Part shown: one piece after another, positions 8,610 to 18,091 of the stretch | Layout: every line of letters begins with the position of its first letter | Position numbering within the stretch: position 1 is the first letter of the stretch | Made by a program: the position numbers and the translations under genes | From: a virus | Lineage: Duplodnaviria > Caudoviricetes | IMG/VR virus record: IMGVR_UViG_3300021957_006329 | Location: 1 to 61,614 of that record | Reading direction: 5' to 3' (one strand) | DNA: 61,614 nucleotides | The notes under the pieces: model-generated | The model's input: the letters and a program-made list of their open reading frames with translations, nothing else | Told to the model about the DNA's origin: nothing | Databases searched by the model: none

Positions 8610-8804
8610 ATGAATGAGAAATTAACCATAGGCTTTTTCTTGTTAGGTTGTGTGATAGTAACAGCCGTGATCATGGGGTTCAATCGTATCGAGCGGTTAG
8701 AAGACATCATTATCAAACAACAAGACACAATTGAACAACAAGACAAAGCGATCAGCATGCAACGGCTGGAGAATCAAGTGTTGCGCATGAACCTGGGTAG
8801 ATAG
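8610..8804 (+). CDS. small membrane protein with coiled coil
   Basis: N-terminal TM helix; TATAAATA 5 nt upstream. Confidence 0.6.
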   Translation: MNEKLTIGFFLLGCVIVTAVIMGFNRIERLEDIIIKQQDTIEQQDKAISMQRLENQVLRMNLGR

Positions 8805-8809
8805 TCACC

Positions 8810-9103
8810 ATGAAACATCTGGGGCAATTGTTGAGCAAGTTGCGTGGGTTGAACATTTTCAACTCGTTACCCACCGGGCAAGAACAGGTGCACTGGTTAG
8901 AGCATCTGGACGAGACTGTGGAGCTGTTGCGACAGGATCGAGAGGAGATCCTCGAGTGGATCTCCCATGAGGTGAAACGTGCAGAATTCAATGCTCACAA
9001 GTACCGGGGTATGGAAGATGTGGGTTATTACACCGACAAGGTTAAACTGTTCAAACGATTACAACAACATCTAGAACTATTGTTGACACCTGGTTCGTTA
9101 TGA
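8810..9103 (+). CDS. hypothetical protein
   Basis: ORF packed in tandem. Confidence 0.55.
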   Translation: MKHLGQLLSKLRGLNIFNSLPTGQEQVHWLEHLDETVELLRQDREEILEWISHEVKRAEFNAHKYRGMEDVGYYTDKVKLFKRLQQHLELLLTPGSL

Positions 9104-9150
9104 TACTATAGGTGTTGATTTGTTGGACGTATCGATTAAATAGACACAAC

Positions 9151-9456
9151 ATGAACAGCGAACAACTAGAGGCTCATGCGGTAGATGCTATAAAACCTTA
9201 CACACAGGACATATATGTTGGACCTGACATCGAGACAGAGTGCATGGATCAAATATTGAATCCAACCACAGACGAACTCATGTACTTGCGACCGGTAACA
9301 AATACCGGTCGGCGTGTGATTGTGGCCAAGCTCAAGCATGTGGATGATTTGAAATCTATTAGCAAAGAGTTGATACCCATGTGTTTTGCTATCGGTCATT
9401 GTGTGAGCAACCCACGCCTCGAATGTGTGGTTAAATGGTACAATCTGGGTGAGTAA
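9151..9456 (+). CDS. hypothetical protein
   Basis: ATG9151 after TTAAATA. Confidence 0.5.
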   Translation: MNSEQLEAHAVDAIKPYTQDIYVGPDIETECMDQILNPTTDELMYLRPVTNTGRRVIVAKLKHVDDLKSISKELIPMCFAIGHCVSNPRLECVVKWYNLGE

Positions 9457-9757
9457 AGCCTGGATCAAGCAGGCTAGTGTAGGTTATCAATCTCAGCGAT
9501 TGGACTCACTACTGGGTGGTGAAGATCATTGTTACAATGTGTGGCATGAACCCACCGGTGTTGTGTTGATGTACAAAAAACCACCAGGAGAAGACCTTGT
9601 ATATCGTGGGCAATTGGCCGTGGGGCCCAACTTCGAAAAATATTATACTGATTCTAGAATATCCAAATTAGCACCATTTGTAGCGGAGTTGATAGAGTCT
9701 CGTCGCAACTACATGAAACCTAAAAAAAAGCGTCGCAAGACTAAAAACGTCTCATGA
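9449..9757 (+). CDS. hypothetical protein with basic C-terminus
   Basis: GTG start overlapping the previous gene. Confidence 0.5.
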   Translation: MSKAWIKQASVGYQSQRLDSLLGGEDHCYNVWHEPTGVVLMYKKPPGEDLVYRGQLAVGPNFEKYYTDSRISKLAPFVAELIESRRNYMKPKKKRRKTKNVS

Positions 9758-10055
9758 TCTCACTCACTATTCTGTTCAAATTACCGGCCCAAAATTTGCG
9801 CGCTCTTATGTGATATGGTCTAGTGTCACTGATCAGCACTCCGGATTCTAGGTCCGGAGCCACAATATCATCGACAAAGTCAAAAGCTCCGCGGAGCTTC
9901 AAGTAGTTGTAGCAAGTGTCCTTGATATGATCATCCACCTGTATCACCACATCCACCTGTTTGAACACCTGAGCATACAAAGTCACATCTCGAAAACAGC
10001 TGGTGCTAGAAGGTGGAAATACCAGATTACCATCTATCAATAAAACCCTGCTCAT
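9741..10055 (-). CDS. hypothetical protein, possibly a degenerate HAD-like fold
   Basis: VLLIDGNL N-terminus, FDFVDDI; TATAAATA upstream on minus strand. Confidence 0.5.
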   Translation of the reverse strand: MSRVLLIDGNLVFPPSSTSCFRDVTLYAQVFKQVDVVIQVDDHIKDTCYNYLKLRGAFDFVDDIVAPDLESGVLISDTRPYHIRARKFWAGNLNRIVSEIMRRF

Positions 10056-10093
10056 AACCTATTATATTTATACAATTATATATAAATACTGTA

Positions 10094-10930
10094 ATGAAAA
10101 GAAAAATTCTAATAATGGGTTTACCGGGTAGTGGAAAGACCACACTGGCTGAATTGTTGGTGCCTAGAATAGGCGCGGCATGGTTTAATGCAGATGCTGT
10201 CCGGCAAGAGATTAGTTCAGATCTTGGTTTCGAAGAAAAGGATCGATTAGAACATGCGCGGAGGATGGGTAAGATGGTAGAGTTTGCAAGTAAGTATGGT
10301 ACATTTGCTGTCGCTGACTTTGTATGTCCCACCAAAAAGGCTCGTGAGCTGTTTGATGCAGATTTTACAATCTGGGTCGATCGGATCGAAGAAGGAAGAT
10401 TCAAAGACACAAACAAGATGTTTGAAAAACCGGAAGGGGCTGATCTAGTGCTACGTGACGGTACACCACAAGAGTGGTTGGAGCAAACAATGGAGCTACT
10501 TCAACCAGAGATGTGGGACAATCAAGCACCTACCGCTCTTTTGATTGGTAGATATCAACCTTTTCATCTAGGTCATAAGACGTTGGTAGAAGAGGCTTTG
10601 AGACGTAGTGGTCAGGTATGCATAGCCCTGCGAGACGTTGGAGGAATAGATGATTCTAACCCGTATAACTTTGAACAGGTGAAAAGGGAAATTCTAGAGT
10701 CATGCTCGGAGTTCGGTAACAAAATCAAGGTTATTGAGATACCAAACATATCGGATGTTTTTTATGGTCGTGGAGTTGGTTACAATATTGAAATGTTGGA
10801 ACTAGACAAAGAAATACAGGAAATATCTGCAACTAAGATACGCAAAGGTGATATTGATCAAAATGGTAACAAGTTAAAGAACACCGGTGGGAAGAACCCA
10901 TTCACTGGTATCGGTATTCAACCAGATTAA
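10094..10930 (+). CDS. cysC: adenylyl-sulfate (APS) kinase fused to an HxGH nucleotidyltransferase domain
   Basis: GLPGSGKTT, NADAVR, DLGF...DR, DFVCP; C-terminal domain GRYQPFHLGH...ISATKIR. Confidence 0.85.
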   Translation: MKRKILIMGLPGSGKTTLAELLVPRIGAAWFNADAVRQEISSDLGFEEKDRLEHARRMGKMVEFASKYGTFAVADFVCPTKKARELFDADFTIWVDRIEEGRFKDTNKMFEKPEGADLVLRDGTPQEWLEQTMELLQPEMWDNQAPTALLIGRYQPFHLGHKTLVEEALRRSGQVCIALRDVGGIDDSNPYNFEQVKREILESCSEFGNKIKVIEIPNISDVFYGRGVGYNIEMLELDKEIQEISATKIRKGDIDQNGNKLKNTGGKNPFTGIGIQPD

Positions 10931-11139
10931 TTGTAACCTGGGTATGTGCAACGAGGTTTTACATTATTAGCCTCTACATACGCATCCAAGAGAGCACGTT
11001 CTTGTAAGTAGCTACTCCTAGAATATGCGAATATATAATATTTGTTAGCGACAATTATACAAGCTAAGCTAGTTATGTCATACAACCATACTATGGTAAC
11101 AAAAGGTAACACTGTAAACACCCATACGATAATTTTCAT
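10927..11139 (-). CDS. small hydrophobic hypothetical protein
   Basis: ORF with divergent sigma70-like promoter at about 11144-11172. Confidence 0.4.
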   Translation of the reverse strand: MKIIVWVFTVLPFVTIVWLYDITSLACIIVANKYYIFAYSRSSYLQERALLDAYVEANNVKPRCTYPGYN

Positions 11140-11195
11140 ATCTATATTATAGTATATTGTTGAAAATTATTCAATAGTAATATATAATAACTATT

Positions 11196-11483
11196 ATGAA
11201 TGAAGCAATCAAAACAGCAATCAAGGGGGTATATTATGAGTTTTGTGGTAAACGTATGCAAGCAATTGCAGATCTAGACATACTGTTACAGCAAACAGTA
11301 GGGGTGGGAGACCATACAGACATATGTAAGGATATCAAAAATAAATATGAAGAGATTGACAAATATAATAGTCTGTTAGATACCATGAACGAGCAACATC
11401 ATGACATCACCATGGGAGAAACAGACCAACGGAAAGCTCAAGAACCTGCGAAAGATTGCGGGGATGACTGTGGATGTGATTAA
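11196..11483 (+). CDS. conserved T4-like phage small protein (VGVGDH motif)
   Basis: promoter TTGAAA-N17-TATAAT at 11160-11188; GVGDHTDI motif. Confidence 0.7.
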   Translation: MNEAIKTAIKGVYYEFCGKRMQAIADLDILLQQTVGVGDHTDICKDIKNKYEEIDKYNSLLDTMNEQHHDITMGETDQRKAQEPAKDCGDDCGCD

Positions 11484-11514
11484 AAGTTAATGTTCTAGCA
11501 TAAATATACTTGAT

Positions 11515-12450
11515 ATGAACGAAGATGTAAACAATATTTTTTCCGGTTACAAGAAGATGCTCAATGAAAATGTACCTGCACCCGCGGCACCTGCGGCACC
11601 TGCGGCACCTGCTGCTGACGCTAGCCAAGCAATAGCCCAAGCGGAACAATTGTTATCTAATGGACCTGGACAAGATGCTGCTACATTACAGCAACAAGTG
11701 CAAGCGCTCACAACAGCGCAACAGGCGATCGCGCAACAAGTAGAACAACTCAATTTGCAGCGCGACAAGGTCGCTGATCAAGCAGCCAAAGGAATGGCTG
11801 TTCCAATGGACCCTAGCGGTCAAACACAAGTTGAAGCTCAAATTCAAAAATTGAACGACGGTATGACACAGTTGAGCCAATTAGCTCAAACTATAATAGG
11901 ACCCGCCCAACAAATGGGAGTTGATGTAAGTCCGTTGATGGAGTCATTAAATGAACTGTTTCAAGTGCTACAAGAATGTGCTAATTGGTATGTCAAGTGC
12001 TTGATACCGGAAAACGATGGAGCTTCTCTCACCAAGAGACATCAGCTCAAGTGTATGATTTTTGAAAATACAATTCCAACTGTAGAGGCTAGCCGGGAAG
12101 ATCGAGTCAAATCACAAAATGATATTATGAAACAAGATTTAGAAGATGAAGAGCCAGAATATTCAGCTCTTGATATGCTGGGTTTAGAGCCGGATGATTT
12201 TGGTCATGAAGATCCAGATCAAGCTGCTATGGATCGAATGGACGCTGAAGATGATACAGTTGACCTGGCCAACCATGACAGACCATCCAACGGACCAGAA
12301 GATGGTTTGATGGATGATATACATGCACTGGAACGTTTGTTAGATGATGAAACCAAAGCTGTGATGGATGATGAAGATGGAGCGGTTTCCCGGAGGGAAG
12401 CTCGTGAAATCGCCAAAGATATCATCAAGCAAATGATAGATAGACTTTAA
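11515..12450 (+). CDS. acidic/coiled-coil protein, possible internal head protein
   Basis: CATAAATA late box; YKKMLNE N-terminus; PAA repeats; Q-rich coil; D/E-rich tail. Confidence 0.65.
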   Translation: MNEDVNNIFSGYKKMLNENVPAPAAPAAPAAPAADASQAIAQAEQLLSNGPGQDAATLQQQVQALTTAQQAIAQQVEQLNLQRDKVADQAAKGMAVPMDPSGQTQVEAQIQKLNDGMTQLSQLAQTIIGPAQQMGVDVSPLMESLNELFQVLQECANWYVKCLIPENDGASLTKRHQLKCMIFENTIPTVEASREDRVKSQNDIMKQDLEDEEPEYSALDMLGLEPDDFGHEDPDQAAMDRMDAEDDTVDLANHDRPSNGPEDGLMDDIHALERLLDDETKAVMDDEDGAVSRREAREIAKDIIKQMIDRL

Positions 12451-12487
12451 TGTTGCCTATAATATAGTGTTATCATACTATAATTGT

Positions 12488-12805
12488 ATGAGCACAACAC
12501 AATTACACATCACACTAGAACAAATGAACGAGTGGGCCTCGATCAATGGACGCGCACCTAGTACTAAATACAAAGACATACAATATTTCATCAGCACCAT
12601 GGAAGTGGTACCACCTAAACAATTGATGAAACAATTGAGAAGACTAGTTGTTGATGAAGGTGTGGATCCAGAAGATATCATTACATGGATAATGGACGAA
12701 GAGAAAGATGAGCAGCATGCATACAACATCAGATTATCTGAAATATTCAAACTTGTTTACACACCGGTGGTTGTAGACAATTGTGTGTTAGATGGTTTAA
12801 TCTAG
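12488..12805 (+). CDS. hypothetical protein
   Basis: promoter TTGCCT-N17-TACTAT at 12453-12481, ATG 6 nt later. Confidence 0.6.
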   Translation: MSTTQLHITLEQMNEWASINGRAPSTKYKDIQYFISTMEVVPPKQLMKQLRRLVVDEGVDPEDIITWIMDEEKDEQHAYNIRLSEIFKLVYTPVVVDNCVLDGLI

Positions 12806-13123
12806 ATGTTCAAGCTGAGAGAAGGGTACATCAAATAGTGTAGATTCATCACTCAATTCTATTGTTGCTGTCATGTCCTTTTCATCTACATCTACCACAT
12901 TCACCACATCTCCAGTTTCTATATAAGTGGCTTGATCACCGGACATGAACCCGGAGAGCTCTTCTTCAAAAAAACTAGCATACGACAAGCGAGTGTTCGG
13001 ATTACCTCTCCTGGCTAGTTTAGGAGTGAACTGGTCAATCCCGGTACTCATTCTACCATGACTGTGACCTTCTTTGTATAGGTTGTACATACTAGTGTCA
13101 TCATTTGTGTAATCTGCTGTCAT
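12797..13123 (-). CDS. hypothetical late protein with C-terminal SH3/KOW-like beta domain
   Basis: TATAAATA upstream; GDVVNVVDVD...ATIEL...DVPFSQLE. Confidence 0.6.
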   Translation of the reverse strand: MTADYTNDDTSMYNLYKEGHSHGRMSTGIDQFTPKLARRGNPNTRLSYASFFEEELSGFMSGDQATYIETGDVVNVVDVDEKDMTATIELSDESTLFDVPFSQLEHLD

Positions 13124-13179
13124 GTTAATTATTTATATTTAAAGCTGTACATTCAACCGGTTATTGTATATAATAACGT

Positions 13180-13542
13180 ATGGCCAGAAAAACAAAAAAG
13201 CTCAAGTGTATAGTTACAGGTAGAGAGTTGGTATTATCTAAAGATTATTATCAATCCAAATTAGACAAATGTGACGGTGATGAGGATGTATTACACGCCA
13301 GTTACATATGCAAAGAAGCAAAAGATTTACTCAAGAGAGGTTACGATGTTGGTAAAACTAGAGATCTTTTAGGTATTGATGACCCGGAGTTGGGGGAAGT
13401 AGACTCAAAATTAGTCGAAGAAATTCAAAACGAATCTCGTCTAAGACATCGGAATATACCACGTTTCAACATAAATAACTACACGTCAGCCAAAACAGAT
13501 CCTGACGTGACTGAATTTTTAAACCGAGTATTGAAACAATAA
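13180..13542 (+). CDS. hypothetical protein (CxxTG motif), paralog of 712..1059
   Basis: TATAAT 5 nt upstream; manual alignment. Confidence 0.7.
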   Translation: MARKTKKLKCIVTGRELVLSKDYYQSKLDKCDGDEDVLHASYICKEAKDLLKRGYDVGKTRDLLGIDDPELGEVDSKLVEEIQNESRLRHRNIPRFNINNYTSAKTDPDVTEFLNRVLKQ

Positions 13543-13543
13543 A

Positions 13544-13759
13544 ATGTATACAGCAGCAACAACAGGAAATCATATAAGAATAATAGATGCGAAGACAGGG
13601 GCCACGAAGAAAATGATCCGATTCGCCGGCAAGCTGATACAAGGGCCTGTTGTAGCTGGTAGTGAGATGAGTATCACAGTCCGGATGAACCCATCTCTAA
13701 CATATGTACTTATATACAGCGTACCACACGGTGGGTTGAGAAGACGAGTACGTATATAG
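13544..13759 (+). CDS. hypothetical beta-rich protein
   Basis: starts 1 nt after the previous stop. Confidence 0.55.
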   Translation: MYTAATTGNHIRIIDAKTGATKKMIRFAGKLIQGPVVAGSEMSITVRMNPSLTYVLIYSVPHGGLRRRVRI

Positions 13760-13820
13760 GAATAACTTTTATCTAAATTTTAATTGAATTATCGCTAGGG
13801 TTGATATAATATAATGTGTA

Positions 13821-16265
13821 ATGAACGTCACTAAACGAAACGGCAAACTTGAGGTATTCAACGAGGACAAGATATTGGCCTGTATCAGGCGCGCTTGTGG
13901 TGAAGATGAAGAGCTAGTGCAGAAAATATATTGGAATATGAAACTCAATTTATATGACGGTGTGAAGACGCGAGAAATTGATGAATCTGTTATAAAGTCA
14001 GCCCGGACATTGATTGAGAAAGACCCCAATTGTAAAAACATTGCTGCAAAATTGTTGTTGTCTACCGTGTACAAAGAGGTGTTTGGTGAGGGAGCGGATA
14101 GTGATGCTTTCAATTTGCAGTACAAAAAAACATTCATAGTCAATTTGAAACGTCTCATAAAAGAAAAAATAGTCAATAAAGAACTGGCTAAATTTGATCT
14201 ACAACGATTGTCTGAAGCGTTAGATATAAACAGAGATCATAATTTTGAATATCTTGGATTACAAACCGTATATGATAGATATCTCATGCATATCAACGAT
14301 ATTAGAATGGAGACCCCACAAGCATTTTGGATGCGAGTTGCCATGGGACTATCACTTAAGGAAGCTCCCGGTACTCGAGAAGACTGGGCGATCAAATTCT
14401 ACAAACAGCTTAGTAGTTTTGATTTCATGTGCAGCACACCCACGCTTTTCAATAGCGGTGGTACATTCAATCAATTGAGTAGCTGCTTCCTAAACACCTT
14501 CGAAGATAGTATCAATGGTATATTCGACGGTTTACACCAAGAAGCATTGAAGAATAAATATGCTGGTGGGTTGGGTATGGATCTCACCAACTTTCGCGCG
14601 TGTAACAGTTACATTAGAGGTACCAATGGTTACACTCAAGGTGCGGTGTATTTTTGGAAGCTGTATGGTGACATGCTCACAGCTGTAAATCAAGGTGGTA
14701 AGCGACGAGGGGCAGGATGCGCATACATGGAAACTTGGCATGCAGATATAGAAGACTTCATTCAATTGAGAAAAAACACCGGGGATGATAGGAAACGTAC
14801 TCATGACATGAACACTGCCAATTGGATTCCGGATCTTTTCATGAAATGTGTACAAAATAATGAACCATGGTTTCTGTTTAGCCCTAACGAAGTTCCGGAG
14901 TTACATGATTTGTGTGGTAAGGAATTTGAGAAGAAGTATAAAGAATATGTGAAGAAAGGTAAACGTGGGGAGTTGAGAATATTCCGCGAAGTAAATGCTA
15001 AAGATCTGTGGAAACGAATGCTCCGGAGCTTGTTTGAAACTGGACATCCATGGATCACATTCAAAGATCCTAGCAATGTTCGTTACAGCAATCAACATAC
15101 TGGTGTGGTACATAGTAGCAATTTATGTACAGAAATATTGTTACATACCAAACCGACCCGGTATCATGAAAACAGTCGCAAAATTAAAGAACATGGAGAA
15201 ACAGCTGTGTGTAACTTGGGTAGTATCAACCTAAAAAACCATTTAAAAGCGGATGGTCATGGGAATGTTACCATAGATTACAAAAAACTTAAAAACACTG
15301 TCTCCTTAGGTCTACGTATGTTAGACAATGTGATAAACATAAACTTTTATCCAACAGAGGAAACAAGGAAGAGTAATCTAACTCACCGACCAGTTGGCAT
15401 GGGTAGCATGGGATGGCATGACATGTACTACGCACTTGATGTAGAATTTGATAGTGATGCAGCAACAAAATTGAGTAGCGATGTATATGAATATATATCG
15501 CATGCTTCAATTGAAGCAAGTTGCGAACTGGCGAAAGAACGTGGCAAGTATGACAGTTACGAGGGTTCATTATGGTCTAAAAATATATTCCCGATGGACA
15601 CATACAAGGATGTTATGAAAACGAGAGAACATCGTGCGATGAGCCGGTCTCGCGGAGATGTTAATTGGGATGCCCTACGCGAGAAAGTGGCAAAGCATGG
15701 CATGAGGAACAGCAACACCATGGCTATCGCGCCAACCGCGACCATATCATCAATCATAGGTGCTAGCCCTAGTATAGAACCTTACTTCAGTGTGTTGTAT
15801 GTTTACAGTACACTGAGCGGGGAATTCACAATGATCAATGAACATTTTGTCAATGATATGAAAAGGTTAGGGAGATGGAATGAAACGTTGGTAGATGAGC
15901 TGAAAAGAACTGATGGTGATGTTTCTAATATCGCAGCTGTACCAAGTGAGATTAAAACTAAATATAAAACTGCATTTCAGCAAGATCAGATGAAAATGAT
16001 TGAACAGGCAGGAGCTCGACAGCGGTGGATCGATCAAGGACAAAGCTTGAATTTATACAATAATGAAACGAGTTTAAAATATTTAAATGACCTATATTTT
16101 CATGCTTGGAACACCGGATTGAAAACTACATATTATCTACGAAACAAAGGCGCTAGTACTATAGAAAAAAGTACGGTATCTAAGGTTAGTGACCCGGACA
16201 CGCCAGAGATTGAAAATATCTCAGCATGTAGTATCACAGATCCCGGGTGTGAGAGTTGTCAATAG
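13821..16265 (+). CDS. nrdA: ribonucleotide reductase class I alpha subunit with N-terminal ATP cone
   Basis: VTKRNG cone, TPTLFNSG, SSCF, SNLCTE, AIAPTA, KTTYYLR, C-terminal CESCQ. Confidence 0.97.
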   Translation: MNVTKRNGKLEVFNEDKILACIRRACGEDEELVQKIYWNMKLNLYDGVKTREIDESVIKSARTLIEKDPNCKNIAAKLLLSTVYKEVFGEGADSDAFNLQYKKTFIVNLKRLIKEKIVNKELAKFDLQRLSEALDINRDHNFEYLGLQTVYDRYLMHINDIRMETPQAFWMRVAMGLSLKEAPGTREDWAIKFYKQLSSFDFMCSTPTLFNSGGTFNQLSSCFLNTFEDSINGIFDGLHQEALKNKYAGGLGMDLTNFRACNSYIRGTNGYTQGAVYFWKLYGDMLTAVNQGGKRRGAGCAYMETWHADIEDFIQLRKNTGDDRKRTHDMNTANWIPDLFMKCVQNNEPWFLFSPNEVPELHDLCGKEFEKKYKEYVKKGKRGELRIFREVNAKDLWKRMLRSLFETGHPWITFKDPSNVRYSNQHTGVVHSSNLCTEILLHTKPTRYHENSRKIKEHGETAVCNLGSINLKNHLKADGHGNVTIDYKKLKNTVSLGLRMLDNVININFYPTEETRKSNLTHRPVGMGSMGWHDMYYALDVEFDSDAATKLSSDVYEYISHASIEASCELAKERGKYDSYEGSLWSKNIFPMDTYKDVMKTREHRAMSRSRGDVNWDALREKVAKHGMRNSNTMAIAPTATISSIIGASPSIEPYFSVLYVYSTLSGEFTMINEHFVNDMKRLGRWNETLVDELKRTDGDVSNIAAVPSEIKTKYKTAFQQDQMKMIEQAGARQRWIDQGQSLNLYNNETSLKYLNDLYFHAWNTGLKTTYYLRNKGASTIEKSTVSKVSDPDTPEIENISACSITDPGCESCQ

Positions 16266-16933
16266 TGATACCTAAACTACTGATTATTGGTTGGGGTGGC
16301 TCTGCGCAAACATATTTGTTGAGAACATTCAACAAATACACGATTACTAATCATTGGAATGATGTAGATACTGTCAAACACTGCACATATAATTATTTCA
16401 TTAACTATAATGGGTATGGTATCACAAAAGAGTTATTAGATAAAATACCTATAATATATGTATACTGTAATCCAGTAGATGCTATAAACAGCTTTTTCCG
16501 ACGCGGGTTCGCGAAGCAACAACATTACAAGTTGACCTGGGACCAAGGAAATACTCCACGATCTTTGAATTGGAATACCGATAAAGGATATACATATCCA
16601 CAAAAAAGTGACAATATTTTAAACTACATGCTTAGAGTTTCTCGCACCAAGCAGGATATTTTTGGTTTTAAAAATCATCTAGAGCAGTGGCTGTCTGCGA
16701 AGAAACTACTTCCAATGGAACTCGCTGATGTTATAGCGAATAAGGAACAGCTTTCAAACATATTGAATATACCAATAAATATATTCAACGAGATCAAGGT
16801 TAAGCCACGAAATACATATGAACCACTACCGAGTCATATAAATGCATATCATGAATATATGGATATGTATCACAAAGAATATACTGATATTCAGGGCATA
16901 GCTAAAAAACGTTTAACGAAGTTATTAAATTAA
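16265..16933 (+). CDS. sulfotransferase-like P-loop protein inserted between nrdA and nrdB
   Basis: GWGGSAQTYL and IYVYCNPVDAINSF resemble PSB/PB motifs; GTG overlaps the nrdA TAG. Confidence 0.5.
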   Translation: MIPKLLIIGWGGSAQTYLLRTFNKYTITNHWNDVDTVKHCTYNYFINYNGYGITKELLDKIPIIYVYCNPVDAINSFFRRGFAKQQHYKLTWDQGNTPRSLNWNTDKGYTYPQKSDNILNYMLRVSRTKQDIFGFKNHLEQWLSAKKLLPMELADVIANKEQLSNILNIPINIFNEIKVKPRNTYEPLPSHINAYHEYMDMYHKEYTDIQGIAKKRLTKLLN

Positions 16934-17006
16934 TACGTAAAGATGAGAATTTTTAAAATGTACCTCATATTAAAATAATAAATTTTAATTATCAATAAAT
17001 AACAAT

Positions 17007-18011
17007 ATGTCAACAAAAACAGGAAAAGTATTAGAGGGAGACTCTGCTGGAGTTAATCAAATTCTCCCACATGTGAATAAATGGGCTTGGGATTTGTACA
17101 AGCAAGGTAAAAACAACAACTGGACTCCTGAGGAAGTTCCCATGACTAAAGATATTCAAAACTGGAAACAGGAGGGAGTAATCAGCGCGGATGAAAAACT
17201 ATTGATCAAAAGATGTTTAGGGTTCTTCGCGGGTAGTGAGAGTCTTGTTGGTAACAACTTGTTCACATTGTTCAAGTATGTGACTGACCCGGAGTGCCGG
17301 CAATACATGGCGAGACAAATGTATGAAGAGTGTTTGCACAATGATACGATAGTTTATATATGTGACAGCTTGGACCTTGATATCGATGAGGTATACCAAG
17401 CATACAATACCATACCTAGCATTAAAGCGAAAGATGATTACTTGATGAGTGTAACCAAAGCGTTGGCTGGTGATATTGATACATCCACTGTAGCTGGTCA
17501 ACGTGAGTTGATCAAAGGAGCATTTATATACTGGATTGTATGTGAAGGTACATTTTTCTTTAGTGGGTTTGCAATGTTACTAGCACTCTCTAAAAAAATA
17601 CCCGGTATATGCGAGCAAATACAATACACTTTAAGAGACGAGAGTATACATATAAAATTTGGAACTACATTGCTGAACATAATTAGAGAGCAATACCCGG
17701 ATGCATGGGATAAAGAACTAGAGATAGAGTTAATTGAAAAATTAAAAGCTGCTGTGGAACTAGAGATCCAATACGCTAAAGATGTGCTACCACGTGGTAT
17801 CTTAGGTTTGAATGCTGACATGTTTGTTGATTACATGCAACACATTGCGAACAGGAGATTGGAAGCATTGAATATGGATTTTAAATATGATAGTGATAAA
17901 AACCCATTCCCATGGTTGAGTGAAACTATCGACCTACAAAAGCAGAAAAATTTCTTCGAAACTAAAGTTACAGATTACCAAAATAGTGGAGCTTTAGACG
18001 ACGATTTCTAA
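17007..18011 (+). CDS. nrdB: ribonucleotide reductase beta subunit, class Ic (R2c)-like
   Basis: NNWTPEE, EECLH, EGTFFFSGF, RDESIH, NFFETKVTDY; radical Tyr position is Ile and first ligand is Glu. Confidence 0.95.
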   Translation: MSTKTGKVLEGDSAGVNQILPHVNKWAWDLYKQGKNNNWTPEEVPMTKDIQNWKQEGVISADEKLLIKRCLGFFAGSESLVGNNLFTLFKYVTDPECRQYMARQMYEECLHNDTIVYICDSLDLDIDEVYQAYNTIPSIKAKDDYLMSVTKALAGDIDTSTVAGQRELIKGAFIYWIVCEGTFFFSGFAMLLALSKKIPGICEQIQYTLRDESIHIKFGTTLLNIIREQYPDAWDKELEIELIEKLKAAVELEIQYAKDVLPRGILGLNADMFVDYMQHIANRRLEALNMDFKYDSDKNPFPWLSETIDLQKQKNFFETKVTDYQNSGALDDDF

Positions 18012-18091
18012 AAAAATACCCCCATGTTACCTAAATACCAGTAGCTGGGTGCATTATATATGTAACAAAGGGGTGGGTCGCGGGAATTTTT

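Noticed and set aside
11576-11615. 9-bp tandem repeat as a regulatory element
   Set aside because: It simply encodes a PAA low-complexity linker within the CDS
13821-18011. Intein, intron or homing endonuclease in nrdA/nrdB
   Set aside because: Both have normal lengths and contiguous motifs; the intervening ORF lacks HNH, GIY-YIG and LAGLIDADG motifs
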